Source: Monocercomonoides exilis PA203
Lineage: Eukaryota; Protista; Preaxostyla
Length of the DNA: 64,000 nucleotides
Reading direction: 5' to 3'
Assembly: GCA_001643675.2 (NCBI GenBank)
Contig: LSRY02000003.1
Location: 1,674,001 to 1,738,000, forward strand
In this document: piece after piece, positions 51,205 to 63,475 of the stretch
Numbering within the stretch: the first letter of the stretch is position 1
How the letters are laid out: each line of letters opens with the position of its first letter
Translations under genes and position numbers: made by a program
The notes under the pieces: generated by a model
What the model was told of the DNA's origin: nothing
The model's database searches: none
What the model saw: only the letters and a program-made list of their open reading frames with translations

Positions 51205-51630
51205 ATAGCTTTTGAAATGTTTAGTGTTTATTTCTTAATTTTAAAAGTTCAACTTTGTTTTGCGATTATATATTTTATATAAATCATTTTTTTTATGTTT
51301 TCATTTTCTTTTTCTTCTTGTGAAATATGGATTTATGAGTTTCTTTTGGAATTATTTTTCTTGTTTTGTGATAGTCACAAACACGTGAAGATTTATAAGA
51401 TTTTTTTCAATTCAAAAAAAAAAAAAATAAAAAAGAATTTTATTATTATTTTTTTAAACGTGTTTCGTTAGAAATTTCTCTGATCATTTTTGAGCGTGTT
51501 TTAACAAGAGTATTGTGAAAACTTAAAATATTTCGAACAACTTCGAATTAAATGGTTATGAATACACAACTAATACGGAATTTGAACTAAGAATTCAACA
51601 AAAGATGCACACAGACAAATGAAAATGAAT

Positions 51631-54015
51631 TTACTCATATTGACATCCTTCTCTATTGCAAGCGATAATCTGCTGTCTTCTATCGATGTCATTAGGATCC
51701 CACTCAATCTTGGTCATTCCTTCAATCAAAGAATGAATCGGATCTGATTTCACATCCACTTTAGGCGATGCTTTTGAAGACGTAGTCTCTTCAGATATAC
51801 TCTTTTCTTCTGATTTTCCACTTTCTGAATGAGATGACATTTGACTCCTGATAGCAGCCTCTCCCAATTTCCTCCAAGTGTCCATCCATCTTTCGTACTC
51901 TTTCTCCGTTATCTCTTCAAATGGAAGCTGAAGATGCTGCTCAAGCCCACTGGCCAGGTCAGGAAACAGCGCAATTCCAGAATACCCATCCGTATTACGC
52001 ACCAGCCAGTCCAATATTTCTTCCTCTTCCCCTTTCACTTTTATACCATGCTCTCCTCCTTCCTTCTTCTCTCCCCTTTCAATTTCTTTATCACATGGGC
52101 TATTCAATTGCGTCTGCTTGTAATTCACGGTGACTGATACGTTGTGGTAATTAGGTCCGGATCTGTGTGAAGGCTGAATGAAATGCTTGTGGATGAATGC
52201 AACTCGATCAAGCAGCTCAAGCGCGGTTTCGTTGGATCTGATGATTGAGTTCGACATGTTGATTGGCATTGTGACGACAAGAGAAATAGGAACATCGGTT
52301 ATTTTGTGCACTTTCAATGGCTTGTCTTCCGAAGATGCTGCAGAAGAGGAAAGCAAATGCGATTCATCACTTGCTTCATTCACTTCTGAAGATTGTTTTG
52401 CTTCTTTTAATTTCTCCTCTTGCTGCAATTTTTCTTCATTGAGTTTTTGCCTCGAATACACGTCTGTTTCGATAAGAGGCAAACCAATTATAGACTCGCA
52501 TTCATCAGCAAGTTTTGAGACGGCGTAAGCCGGAGTAGATGCTGGAGAAAGAACAAATCGAGGATGTGATGGAGAAGCTGTTGAGCTGTTTGGATGAGGT
52601 GGAGAAGCTAAATAATCCAAATCTGCTTTCTCATTTTTGATTTCGTTGAGTATGCGGAGGAGATACGCTGCAAGAGGAGAATTAGATTCGATTCGTACTC
52701 TTCTCAAATAGAAAGAAGCATGCGCTGCATGAATTCCAGATGTCGTTCCTAGCAATGCTGACGTTGTTCCACTTGGCTTTATGCATCCAATTCTTGCTGC
52801 CTCTTTAATTCCAAGCATCTTCGCCCACTCAGAATTCACCTCTTTTGCTTTTTTCGCTGCCTCTTCCAGCAAAGCACCTCCGTCTGACGATACAAGTGCC
52901 CAGTTCTGTGCGAGCCCTGTCAGCGAAACTCCCAACAAAGCCTCTTCTTCGCAGTTCTTTTTCCACTCTGGCTGAAGAAAATCAAAATTTGTGTAAGCAG
53001 CTTGTAGGGTGCCAATAGCAGTGGCAGCTTCGACAGCCGCAAGAAAATCCTCCTTTGAACGACATGCAGCAACATTCACTTCGCTCAGATTGCACATTTG
53101 CTTTGACTTCAATGAAATCTCAGCACATGGATTCGTTCCGTAGTCGAGATCGTTCGTGAGGAAGATGCCTGGCTCGCCAGTACCGTTTTCAAAGCACTTT
53201 TTCACGCACTTTTGCAGATCTGCAAGGAATGTTGGAGAACTCCGAAGCAAAACAGCAGAGTTGTTCGCTCTTGCTCGCTGAGGGTGCTTGTTGAACCATT
53301 CCCAACCAGCTTTGCAGTCCATCATTTCTTCATCATCAACATCGAATAACGACAACAGCGCACTTCTACGAGAGCCCCCTGAAATTATAAGATCGCCCAG
53401 ATAGCACAGAATATCGTGGATCTCCAACGGTTTCATCTGACGACCAACTGCTTTGCTGATGATGCTTCGTACTGATTCGTGAAGCAACTCTAATGTTTCA
53501 GGCCCGCTTGCAGTTCCTCCAGCTGAAAGCGGAGAGCCTTTGGGACGGATTAAGGAATAATCGAATCTAATTTTTGGGTTTTCAAGCAACTTCACGATGG
53601 ATTCAGCCCAACCTTCTTTTGAATCGCTGATTTGGTAAAATTCGTCCTTTCCTTCATTTATAACAGGTAATTTTGCAACATGTCTCTTTTGAACGCTATA
53701 TCCGCATCCGCAACCGCAACACAACAAATACAAGATATCCGCAAAATCCCTAAAGCTCTCTATGTGAGTAAAACTGCAGTTGTACATCCTTGCGTTCGAG
53801 ACAACAAGCGGTCTTCCAGCGAATTGCATCGATCTCATTGAAGGAACAACTTTTCTTTCTCTCACAAAATTCATAACATTATGTATTTTCGTTGCAAGGT
53901 TTGGAAATTGTTCAATATGCATGTTTTCAACACGTTGCACAGTTTCTGCATATGTTTCTTTCCTTCTTGAAGGAAGAGATTGGGCATATGTGCGATAAAA
54001 GACAATTTCGGACAT
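51631..54015 (-). CDS. nrdJ: Class II (adenosylcobalamin-dependent) ribonucleotide reductase, monomeric RTPR-like
   Basis: Motifs FYRTYA, ETYAETVQRV, PSMRSMQFAG, YNCSF, GCGYSVQ, GGTASGP, RRSALLSL, GEPGIF, catalytic GTNPCAEI, CNLSEVN, LLGVSLTG, KPSGTTS, and a C-terminal CxxxxC (CNREGC). Confidence 0.9.
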   Translation of the reverse strand: MSEIVFYRTYAQSLPSRRKETYAETVQRVENMHIEQFPNLATKIHNVMNFVRERKVVPSMRSMQFAGRPLVVSNARMYNCSFTHIESFRDFADILYLLCCGCGCGYSVQKRHVAKLPVINEGKDEFYQISDSKEGWAESIVKLLENPKIRFDYSLIRPKGSPLSAGGTASGPETLELLHESVRSIISKAVGRQMKPLEIHDILCYLGDLIISGGSRRSALLSLFDVDDEEMMDCKAGWEWFNKHPQRARANNSAVLLRSSPTFLADLQKCVKKCFENGTGEPGIFLTNDLDYGTNPCAEISLKSKQMCNLSEVNVAACRSKEDFLAAVEAATAIGTLQAAYTNFDFLQPEWKKNCEEEALLGVSLTGLAQNWALVSSDGGALLEEAAKKAKEVNSEWAKMLGIKEAARIGCIKPSGTTSALLGTTSGIHAAHASFYLRRVRIESNSPLAAYLLRILNEIKNEKADLDYLASPPHPNSSTASPSHPRFVLSPASTPAYAVSKLADECESIIGLPLIETDVYSRQKLNEEKLQQEEKLKEAKQSSEVNEASDESHLLSSSAASSEDKPLKVHKITDVPISLVVTMPINMSNSIIRSNETALELLDRVAFIHKHFIQPSHRSGPNYHNVSVTVNYKQTQLNSPCDKEIERGEKKEGGEHGIKVKGEEEEILDWLVRNTDGYSGIALFPDLASGLEQHLQLPFEEITEKEYERWMDTWRKLGEAAIRSQMSSHSESGKSEEKSISEETTSSKASPKVDVKSDPIHSLIEGMTKIEWDPNDIDRRQQIIACNREGCQYE

Positions 54016-54473
54016 CTAAAAATGTTTTAATTGCATTATTGGATCGATTATTTCCAAAAAAAGTTGAATGAATCACACGATCTGTGAACCAGACGCATCG
54101 TTTTTGAAATTATCATTCTCCAAAGATTCAATCATTAATAAATTTTTATGTCTTCAAGACAATGTATACAATTGTTAAGAAAGAACTTCAACAATTTAAG
54201 TTTATCAAAAATATTGTTAAATATTATCAAAACACACTTTTAATTAGAAAGTTAACCCAACATAAAATTATTTTTTTTCTGTTTTCGATGATTATTGAAT
54301 TGTTTCATAAAGTTATATATTTTATAGGAGCTTATCAATAACATTTGAATTAACAATCGGAAAACAAGATTCAAAAAAATGTTATTCAGAAATTTGTTGA
54401 TGGGTATTCAATGGAAAAGAAAGCTTTTATTTTTTGAAAAAAAGTTCAAAATTAATTATTTTTTATAAAGGCG
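54016..54473. promoter_or_regulatory. Putative bidirectional promoter between the divergent nrdJ and DTWD1-like genes
   Basis: 458-bp AT-rich head-to-head spacer. The call is inferred from gene orientation only. Confidence 0.45.
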
Positions 54474-55382
54474 ATGCAAATTAATGACAATGCTGAAGAT
54501 GAACAACTCAAACCATCATCTTCTTCAATTCCTTCTTCATCTTCCTGGAAAAGAATTTCTTCTATTCCTGAAGAATCAGAGTTATCATCCCTGAAAATAG
54601 CATCATTTCCTTTTTCAGATAGACAAATATGCCATGTTTGTAAACGAAGTTCACTTGCCTATTGCCCATATTGTAGAATTCCTCATGAGAAATATCCACC
54701 TCCTCAAGTTGTTTTACCAATAAAGTTAGACATTGTTAAACATCCAAAAGAAAGAGTAAAAAAGAGTACGGCTATCCATGCAAAAATTATATCGCCAGAC
54801 CAGACAAATATTTGGGATTTCCCAGATATTCCAACGTTTGATCCATCTGTCACTCTTTGCTTATTTCCTTCAGCAGATGCAAAATCATTAGATGAATTGG
54901 ATTTGACAAAGTATGATAGAGCCGTTTTTATTGATTGCACATGGAACCAAACTGGAACAATTTGCCAGGATCCAAGAATTACAGCACTTCAAAAAGTAAA
55001 GATAAAAGATCACAGAACTCTTTTTTGGAGATATCAACACGAAGGCCCCGAGTTTTTAGCTACAATCGAGGCAATATATTATTTTTTCAAAGAATTTTGG
55101 ATGACAACACACAAAGGGGAATATAATGGAGAACTGGATAATCTGTTGTACTATTATGCTTTTCAATATGAACAAATACAATCGGTGTACGTTGAAGATA
55201 AAGAGAAAAGATTGTCAAGGCATTTTTCTGAACAATACATACGAGCACGCAGAAGTCAAGAGCAAATGAAATCATCTTTACACAAAACAGATGAAACAAA
55301 ACATGAAACGAAAGAAGTTGGAACAGAAAAAATGGAACCAAGTGATTGCATTAAAGACAATCATAATCCAAACACTAAATAA
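54474..55382 (+). CDS. DTWD1: DTW-domain tRNA-uridine aminocarboxypropyltransferase, DTWD1-like
   Basis: CxxC...YCxxC, DIVKHPKE...KSTAIHAKII, LFPS, VFIDCTWNQT, TLFWRYQ, LATIEAIYYF, DNLLYYY. Confidence 0.88.
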   Translation: MQINDNAEDEQLKPSSSSIPSSSSWKRISSIPEESELSSLKIASFPFSDRQICHVCKRSSLAYCPYCRIPHEKYPPPQVVLPIKLDIVKHPKERVKKSTAIHAKIISPDQTNIWDFPDIPTFDPSVTLCLFPSADAKSLDELDLTKYDRAVFIDCTWNQTGTICQDPRITALQKVKIKDHRTLFWRYQHEGPEFLATIEAIYYFFKEFWMTTHKGEYNGELDNLLYYYAFQYEQIQSVYVEDKEKRLSRHFSEQYIRARRSQEQMKSSLHKTDETKHETKEVGTEKMEPSDCIKDNHNPNTK

Positions 55383-55462
55383 CTGTTCATTTTTAAAGAA
55401 TTAATAATGATCATATTTAACCAATATATTATATTTTGTTATTTTGAAAGTTTTACAAATAA

Positions 55463-58400
55463 ATGTCACAGTCGTCAACTCCTGCTTTAGATCTACAAGA
55501 TTATCAGCAAAAAAAGAAGGAGCTTCATTTAACACTTGGAAAGACGAAGTTGACATTCGATAATGGCTTTTGGCTTAAAGGTTGTTTTTGTTCTTTAATA
55601 ATTGACCTTTATTTTGCAGATGAATTTTCAGAAAATGAAACAATTGAAAGTATGACAAAAAATGATAGAAAGCTTCAAAAACTCAAAGAAAAATTCAGTT
55701 ATCTTTCAAAACAATACGAAATCGTACTAATGAAAGTTTTGATTTATTTTTTATTCTTTCTTTGATATATTTTCTTTTTGTAGTTATCCATTGTTGAAAA
55801 CAAAAGAGATGAGCTTATTGCTGATTTTGAAATGCTGTATAATGAAGAACAAAAAAAGGATTTCGATGAAACGCATCAAGAATTATTCACACAAACAAAA
55901 TCAAATGAAAAACAATCCACATCCTCTGTATATGATCCAATATCTGAACGAGCATCACCGCAAATTCATTCGGTGACTCGTAATTCTCAACAAGAAGCAG
56001 ATAATTCAAATTTGAGAAATTCTTTTGAATCCATCCCAAGGTACAAACAGAACATTACACCTTTATCAACACCAAACAATCAACAACAACATTTCAAGGA
56101 AAACCAAAACTTATTATCCACAACAGAATCTTTTACTGCGGATCCAACACAAACCTTGAGCTCAATAATTCCTCCTCGAAAATCACAAACTATTATTCAG
56201 TTTTCTTCATCATCTCCTTTTTCTCAAGTGTCCAACGAACCTTCCCAAAATATTCCGCTCCTTTCATCTGAGTTGAAACCGAAAGCAACAAATGAAGAAG
56301 CACTTTCAAGAACAGACACTCAGCTTACACGCAGTGCAGCATTTCCTCCTCGTGAGCCATCAATCGAACTAAAGCCGATGGCACATACAATCATGCCGCA
56401 ACAAAAGGCCAGAGATGCGTCTCCACAACAGACGCTTGACTCGCCAATCTTTTCTTCTTCTTCTTCATCTCCTTCTTTTCCTTCTTCACAGTTATCATCA
56501 TCACCTCCTCCGCTTCTGGTTGCTCCGTCACCTCAATCTGTTTCAACTTCACAAAGGACACAAAATGTTCCGAGTGGTAATTCAATCCGCCAGCTGAATT
56601 CGTTTGAGCCTACACCTCGGCGCAAGACACCCCCCAAAACCATTTGGAACAGCGAAAAAGAGAGCGATTTTGAAAAAGTTGGGCTGAACAGCTCAAAAGC
56701 AGCCAGGTTTGGAGCGATGCAGCCGGCAATCGAGATTACAGAGCATCCGAAGCTGAATTCCCGCACACAAAGATCATTTGTGACCTTCTCAGGCGGCGAC
56801 AGATTAGATTCCAGCCAGCCGATCGTTGAATGTCAGAATCCTTCCACTTCTGCTTCTTTTGACCAGCCATATGCGATGAGCAATTCGCCAAAGACGATTA
56901 GCCCTGATTTGCTTCCTCTCCAATTCCAACCGCTGAACCCTTCTGTTTCTCAATCACAACCTCAATTTCAACCTCAATCACAACCTCAATTTCAGCCGCA
57001 GACTCAGCCCCAGCCTCAAAAGCAGTATTTCCCCTTGAAAGAGCAGCCATCTTCAGACTCGTCCATTCAGAAGGTGCCTCGTGCTACACCTGATGTGATA
57101 CAGCAGAGTCCACCGATTGTTGTCAGTCGGCCAATTTATGTGAATGCAAAGGCAGCAGACGGCTCAAACTGCACAACAGCAACAGTCCATTCGCCTTCGA
57201 TGGCGAATTTGGCAGGCAGCGCGATGGTTCCAGAGAATGACAGCAGACCATTCAGCTTTGTGACGGCCAGCGCTGACAGCAGGCCAAAGAATCGGAGAGA
57301 ACAGAGAGGCATCAGTGAATTTACCACACAGCCACAATCCGCGCCGCTTATGATATCTTCTTCTTCCTCTCTTAATTCATCATCATCATCATCATCTTCT
57401 TCTTCTTCCTCTTCTTCTCCAACAAGAACCGTAATTTTCTCATCTCCCCTGACACCCGCGCCGACTGTGCCGTATGTGTCACCAATGAGAGACGCAGCAT
57501 CGCCACAGCAGTTTTACGAGCAGAATGAAGATAAAGAGCAACCACATCAGCTGGAGCCATTGGATATTCAAAGGCAAATTCAACCTGAAACATCACTTAG
57601 AAGTCCAAATGATACAGAAGAAACACAAAAGACAGGGCAGTTCAATCAACAAAGCTCGCTTTTCCCTCCTCCTCTTCAACAAAACCAGCAACAGCCAACA
57701 GAACAACCGCAACATCCTCCTCCTCCGATGACTCGTTCGTTGTCATTCACCCATTCTCCTCCACGCAGAGCAAGCAGCCTCAACCAGCAGGCCATTCACC
57801 ACTCGGCTTCGCCTTCACCGCCTCGAAGAGCTCTTCCGCTTCTTCCTCAAACAGACGCTGGGCAGATATCTTCTTCTTCTTCTTCTTCTTCTTCTTCTTC
57901 TTTATATCCCTCTTCTATTCCTCCTCAACCTGATCATCTTCATTCCACTCGAAATTTGACATTTGATTCGCAGCTCACTCCGATTCCACAGCAAACTCAG
58001 CAAACTTCCTCAAGACTGCCTCCATCGCTGATGCAGACACAGCCAAGAAGAAGTGTGTCACCTTTCTTATCATCATCATCATCTTCTTCTTCTTTGCGTT
58101 CTTCTTCTTCCCCTTCTTCTTCTTATCCTGCTTCTCTTTCATCATCATCTTCTCCAGTCAATCAACCAACTTCCACTCAATTTTCACCTTATCCACAAAG
58201 TTCTGATGTTGCTCCATTATCATCTGCTCCACTGGGAATGTATTCCTCTTCTCAAATGAATCTGAAGCCATCGCAGGCACGAAGAGTTGTGAAACAGCAC
58301 GTGTCTTTCACTTCTCCTTCTCCTTCTCCATCATCATCATCATCATCATCTTCTTCTGATTCATTAACCTCATATCCAACAGATATGCAATCTTCAAATA

Positions 58401-58807
58401 GAAATCCTTTGAGCTATTCAAATTCCTCTTTGAATGACCCCTCAGATCTTTCTGTTGCAAAGCCACAGGATGAACCGGCACGTTCAAACGATACTTTTCG
58501 CTCTGTCGGAGTGAGAGGCGATTCCTTCTCGAATCAGCCTCATCAAACAGGAACACCTTATCAATCATCTTCTGTCCCATTATCTGCTCAAACAATGACC
58601 CGATCTGTCTCCCCAAGCTCGTCTCTTTCACTTTCCACTTCTGCAAATGCACCTTCCACATCAACTACTCAGCCAAAATTCACTTCAACTGCTCCTTCTT
58701 CTCTGCTGTTCCCACAAGAAACTGTTCGTCCAATGGATATTGGATCGACTCAACCGAAAATAAGGATTCATCCTCCAACTTTTGCTCAACCGAAAAGGAA
58801 AAGATGA
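55463..58807 (+). CDS. Chibby-like N-terminal motif + coiled coil + long S/P/Q-rich disordered tail; exons 55463-55580, 55620-55735, 55784-58807 (1085 aa)
   Basis: GT..AG introns 55581-55619 (39 nt) and 55736-55783 (48 nt) join the ORFs in frame. LHLTLGKTKLTFDNGFW resembles the Chibby motif 'L.L..Q.L.FENGQW'. Confidence 0.7.
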
Positions 58808-58969
58808 ACACCATATACCATTTTGTTTTTTCACGTTATCAAATTATAAATTTCATTTTCTTTTGTTTATTTTTAAATTGTAAATTTTGATCTTGATTAC
58901 CATGATACAATTTTTGAAAATTTTTATCACGGAAAATTTCAAAAAATATCCGAAGATTTGCTTTATAAC

Positions 58970-61900
58970 ATGTATGATTTTTTGCTGAACAATAAAGCAA
59001 GTGATTTTTATCTGCATTTTCTTTAAAGGATATCAGAAGAACTTACAAGTGATTCTGAACATCAGGAATCTGAAGAAGAAAAGCAATCAATCAGGATAAA
59101 AACATCTATTGCAACTAATCCGTTAATAAACTTGGAATTTATAAACCCTGTTTCTGCTGCAGATTACGCCGAGTCCAAAGCAAGAACAGATGATTCAGTT
59201 TGACAAAAATTTTAATATCATATTTATCTATCTTCATATGTGAAAAAAGGAGCATGAATATGATGTAAACGATCCATTTATTGACAACGAAGATCAACAG
59301 CCAATAGTATTCATTTAATTTTATTTTTGAAGAATTTCTTCCTTTTTTTTGTGAAATATCTTAATTTTTTAAATTTAACTTAAAGCCGTTGTATGGGCAA
59401 AAAGTGGAAGCTTTATTTGAACAAAGATTTATAAGATTTTACCGTGGTCCTTTTAGGTGTGAAATATCTTTATATTTTATTCAAGTCGATAATGATATAT
59501 TTTTCCAAAAGAATACCAACTTTGGAAGAAATGAATCAAATAAGAAAAGAGGAAGCTGAGATTAAAGCATTGTTCAAAAAAAGACGTGAAAGAGTTAAAG
59601 CGCGCAGGATGGAATTCCGTAAATTGTTGAGACAGAAGGAAATTAAACGAAGTGAACAAGCCAAACATCGTAGAATAATCAATGAAGATGAAATACTAAA
59701 ACTAATCAAGGAAAAACGAGAAAAAACAGACACAAGGAAAATTATTGAATATTTGGAACAGGAACAAATTTGCGAAAAACCAAAGATTGAGGAGAAAGAC
59801 ACAACAATTAACAGAGCAGATCCAGAGAAGGAAAAATCAGGAAGTATAGAAATAATTGAAAAGGAGAATAACAACTTGAAAAAGAAAAAGAAGAAAAAGA
59901 AGAAAAAGAAACCATTGTGGGAAGAGATTTTGGATAAACTTTTTTCTTTCGATGAAAAGAAAAAGGAGTTTGATTACAAAAAAGGAAGAACCTCAAGAAA
60001 TGAAGGAAATAATCAATATTCAAATTCAATTTTAAAAGAAGAAGAAGAAGAAGAAGAAGAAGAAGAAGAAGAAGAAATAGAAGAGGAAGAGGAGGAGGAG
60101 GAAGAAGTGGAGGAAGAGGAAGAGGAGGAAGAAGTTGAAGAAAGTGAAGAAGCGGAAACAGGAGAAATTTTAACAACAGAAGATGCGAGTGAAATATCTG
60201 ATTCTTCTTCTTCTTCTTCTTCTTCAGAAGAAGAAGAGAAAAGCAAAGAAGAAAGCGATCAGCAATTTGCATTAAAAAAGAAAATGAAAGAGAAATCAAA
60301 AGAAACCGAAGCATCGAAAATCAATCCAAAAAGAGAAGAAAAACCAAGAAATATGAACAAAACCATTTCAAGTCATCCAACCTCTCCTTCTCACAAAGAG
60401 AGCAAAACAAACAAGAAAAGACACGAGGTTGCTGTGGATGACGAGATTGAAGAGCTTTCTGACTCGATTTCTGAATTGGAACCCGCACCCACACAAATTG
60501 TGGTGAATTCTCCTCAATTGAAGAGCCATTCGACCAGAAATGAGTCAAATTTCAATGAAAAAGGGAAGATTTCATTGAATAAGCACAAAAAAGGAGGAGG
60601 AGGAAGAGGAGGAGGTGAAGAAGAAGAAGAAGAAAAGAAGAAGAAGAAGAAATGGAAGAAGATAGAGAGAAGTTATGAAGTGTTGTCTGAATCTGAGTCT
60701 GACTCAGAGACAGAGACAGAAAAAGAAAAAGAGAAAGAGAAAGAAGGGGAGAGCGAAGAAGACAGAGGGCAGTTGATGGAAGAGAGGCTGTTGCAATTGG
60801 CAGCGTCTCAGCCGAATTTGATGCTCAGCCAGACATTTCAGAAGGAGAACAGAGGAAATTCTTCTTCTTCTTCTTCTTCTTCTTCTTCTTCTGCTTCTGC
60901 TTCTGCTTCTGCTTCTGCTTCTGCTTCTGCTTCTGCTTCTTATTCTTCAAGTCAAACATCATATTGGAATCATTCATCACAAACTTCAATGCAAACAAAA
61001 GAGAAGAAGAAGAATGAGAAGAAGAAGAATGAGAAGATAGAGAAGAAAGACACTCATTCTGATAATGACAGCAAAATGGCAACAAAAAGGCAGTTTCTGT
61101 TTTTGAGAGATGACAGCGACGAAGAGGAAGAAGGAGAAGGAGAAGGAGAAGGAGAAAGAGAAAGAGAAAGAGATGAAGAACATTCTTCTTCTTCTGCTTG
61201 TGTTTCTGATAAAAACAGAAATGGAAGCAGAAAGAAGAGATTTTCAAATAGCCGCAAAGGAAAAGAGAATCACAAGAAATGGCACAAACACATTCACAGC
61301 CAAATCATAGACGATGAGTCAGCTTCTTCTTCTTCTTCCTCTTTGTCATCTTCTGAACAGGAAAAAGAAACAGAAGCAGCAGAAAGGAAGAAAAAGCTAC
61401 ATAAGTTGAAAGAAAATTTGACAGGAAATTTGACAGGAAAGTCGAAATATGAGAGTCTGCAAGTGGTGTTTGAGCAAGACGACGAGATAGCGCTAGACGA
61501 GGAAGGGGAAAGCACCGAGACGATGGAGCAGGAAGAGAAGAAGGAAGAGAAAAAGGATGAATTTCCATTCACACAGCAATTGAATGCAAAAGAGCAGCAG
61601 ACAAGAAGAGAAGGAAATTGCGATTCGGTTATTGTGGAGGAAGGAAATGGCTCTAATTTCAATGCAAATTGCTTTGGCAGTGGAAGAGAACAAGCAGAAG
61701 TGACGCTGTCTCAGAAGATATTGGAAGGAGGAGGAGGAGGAGGAGGAGGAAGTGGTAGCGGAGGAGGAGTAATTCGAAGTGCAATTCCAATGAAATACAA
61801 CAGATTTGAACACATTTCCAGGTTTAAATCGCATAGCGATCTTTCGAGCGATAACTGGCGCGCTTTAGAATTCCGGAATGAATTGCTGTTCTCTCAGCAG

Positions 61901-61993
61901 AGCCAGCAGAGCCAACAGAGTCAGCAAAGCAGCGAAAGAGAGAAAGAAAAAGTGTATGAAATTATCGATGACAATCAAGACGAGTTTCGTTAA
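58970..61993 (+). CDS. Acidic/basic low-complexity nuclear-type protein with an N-terminal HUN/HRD-like motif (Hpc2/ubinuclein-like); 5 exons
   Basis: Introns 58972-59028, 59198-59249, 59307-59385 and 59457-59511 (all GT..AG) give one frame, with EHEYDVNDPFIDNEDQ...RFYRGPF, joining ORF 59444..61993. Confidence 0.6.
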
Positions 61994-62495
61994 TATGAAT
62001 ATTTTTTCATGAAATAAATGGAACGAAGCTTTATTTCGACTAAAGTTCTTTTTGAGAAAGATATTGTACACAAAGATTTTATCACCGCATATGCTTGTTA
62101 AAGAAGGACCGATATTATTAATTCTCCTTTTAAACCTTTGATTCAAATTAAAAGAAAATTCAAATTCTATTTCTTTATGTTTTCAACAAAAATTCATGTT
62201 CAATGACGAATATTTAAAACAATGATTATTCCATACAACAAGGATAGAAAATGATATCATTGTTTTTTCTATTACTGAAAAAAAGAAAAGAAATAATTTT
62301 TTCTGCAATCGGATTTGCAGGAATTTAAACAGAAATGAAAAATGGTATGATAATAAAAAGAAAAATCTTCTTAATTTTTCCGAATTCTCAAATATTTTCT
62401 CCGAAACATTTGAATATCCTCCGTCAGGTTTAATTTTCTCCGTTTTATGCTGAATAATACAGTTAATGGTTGTTGATCTATATACATTGAACTTA

Positions 62496-63475
62496 ATGAA
62501 CTCTGACTGCTCTGCAAACAACGAATGCCCCACTCGTGCTATGATCCATAAATGCAATCTTGAATCTTACATTCATTATATTTACCGATCTCTTATCTGG
62601 GAGAATTGGATCGGCTTTGGGATACTAGCTGTTATTGTGTTGATTGATTTCATGTTTGGGCAATATATTAATTCATCTTTATGATGCATTTTTTCAATTC
62701 TTACACAATACTTGGAAATGCAAACGTTTATTTTCCTTTCAATTTTGTTTTTCTTAAATATAGCTTCATCCGCAAAACAAATTTGGCAACCCTTTCATAT
62801 TTGTGCTTGCTGGCTCTTGAACTTTATTGGATTGATTACGTCATGAAGATGTTGAAACTTGTTGGCCCAGAAGGACAAGGAAAAGATGATGTGGAAGCTA
62901 TTGACAAAATGCTTGAACCAGCCCAAAAAGTTAAATGCTTGGTTCAAAAATCATTGGAGAATGAATACGTCAAAAAGGTTATGAGCACCCCAATTTACGT
63001 TCCTTTGTGCATCTCTGCTATTGCTTTGGTTTTCGTTTTGTTTGCTGAAATCTTCTGTGGACCTTTCCTCTCCATTGTTGCAATTTTGTGCATCTTCACT
63101 ATTCCCGGAATTGTTCATAGAAATTATCACAAGATGGCAGCTGAACAATTCAAGACTCAAGTCTGGCCCAAAATCCAACCATTATATGAGGCCCACATCC
63201 AACCTCAAATTGAGAAAGTTTTCAAAAAGAAGGGAAGTGAATCTGCTTCGTCTTCAGCTGCATCAGAATCTCCAGCACCCGAAACAAAAGCACCAGAAAC
63301 ACAAACTCCACAACAGGAAGAAGCAGCTCCTGCACCAGCTCCAGAGAAGACTGAAGAGACAAAACCTGAAGAGACAAAACCTGAAGAGACAAAACCTGAA
63401 GAAACAGCAGCCCCAGCCGAGGCACCAAAGGAGGAAACTCCAGCTGCTGAAGAAGAGAAGCCAAAGGAAGAGTAA
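62496..63475 (+). CDS. Reticulon/ARL6IP1-like ER-shaping membrane protein with an E/P/A-rich tail; intron 62654-62763 (start 62466 or 62496)
   Basis: The spliced frame gives LIWENWIGFGILAVIVLIDFIFIRK...; a second long hydrophobic hairpin VPLCISAIALVFVLFAEIFCGPFLSIVAILCIFTIPG follows. Confidence 0.65.
63351..63402 (+). repeat. Coding 15-bp tandem repeat (EETKP x3)
   Basis: CTGAAGAGACAAAAC x3. Confidence 0.9.
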
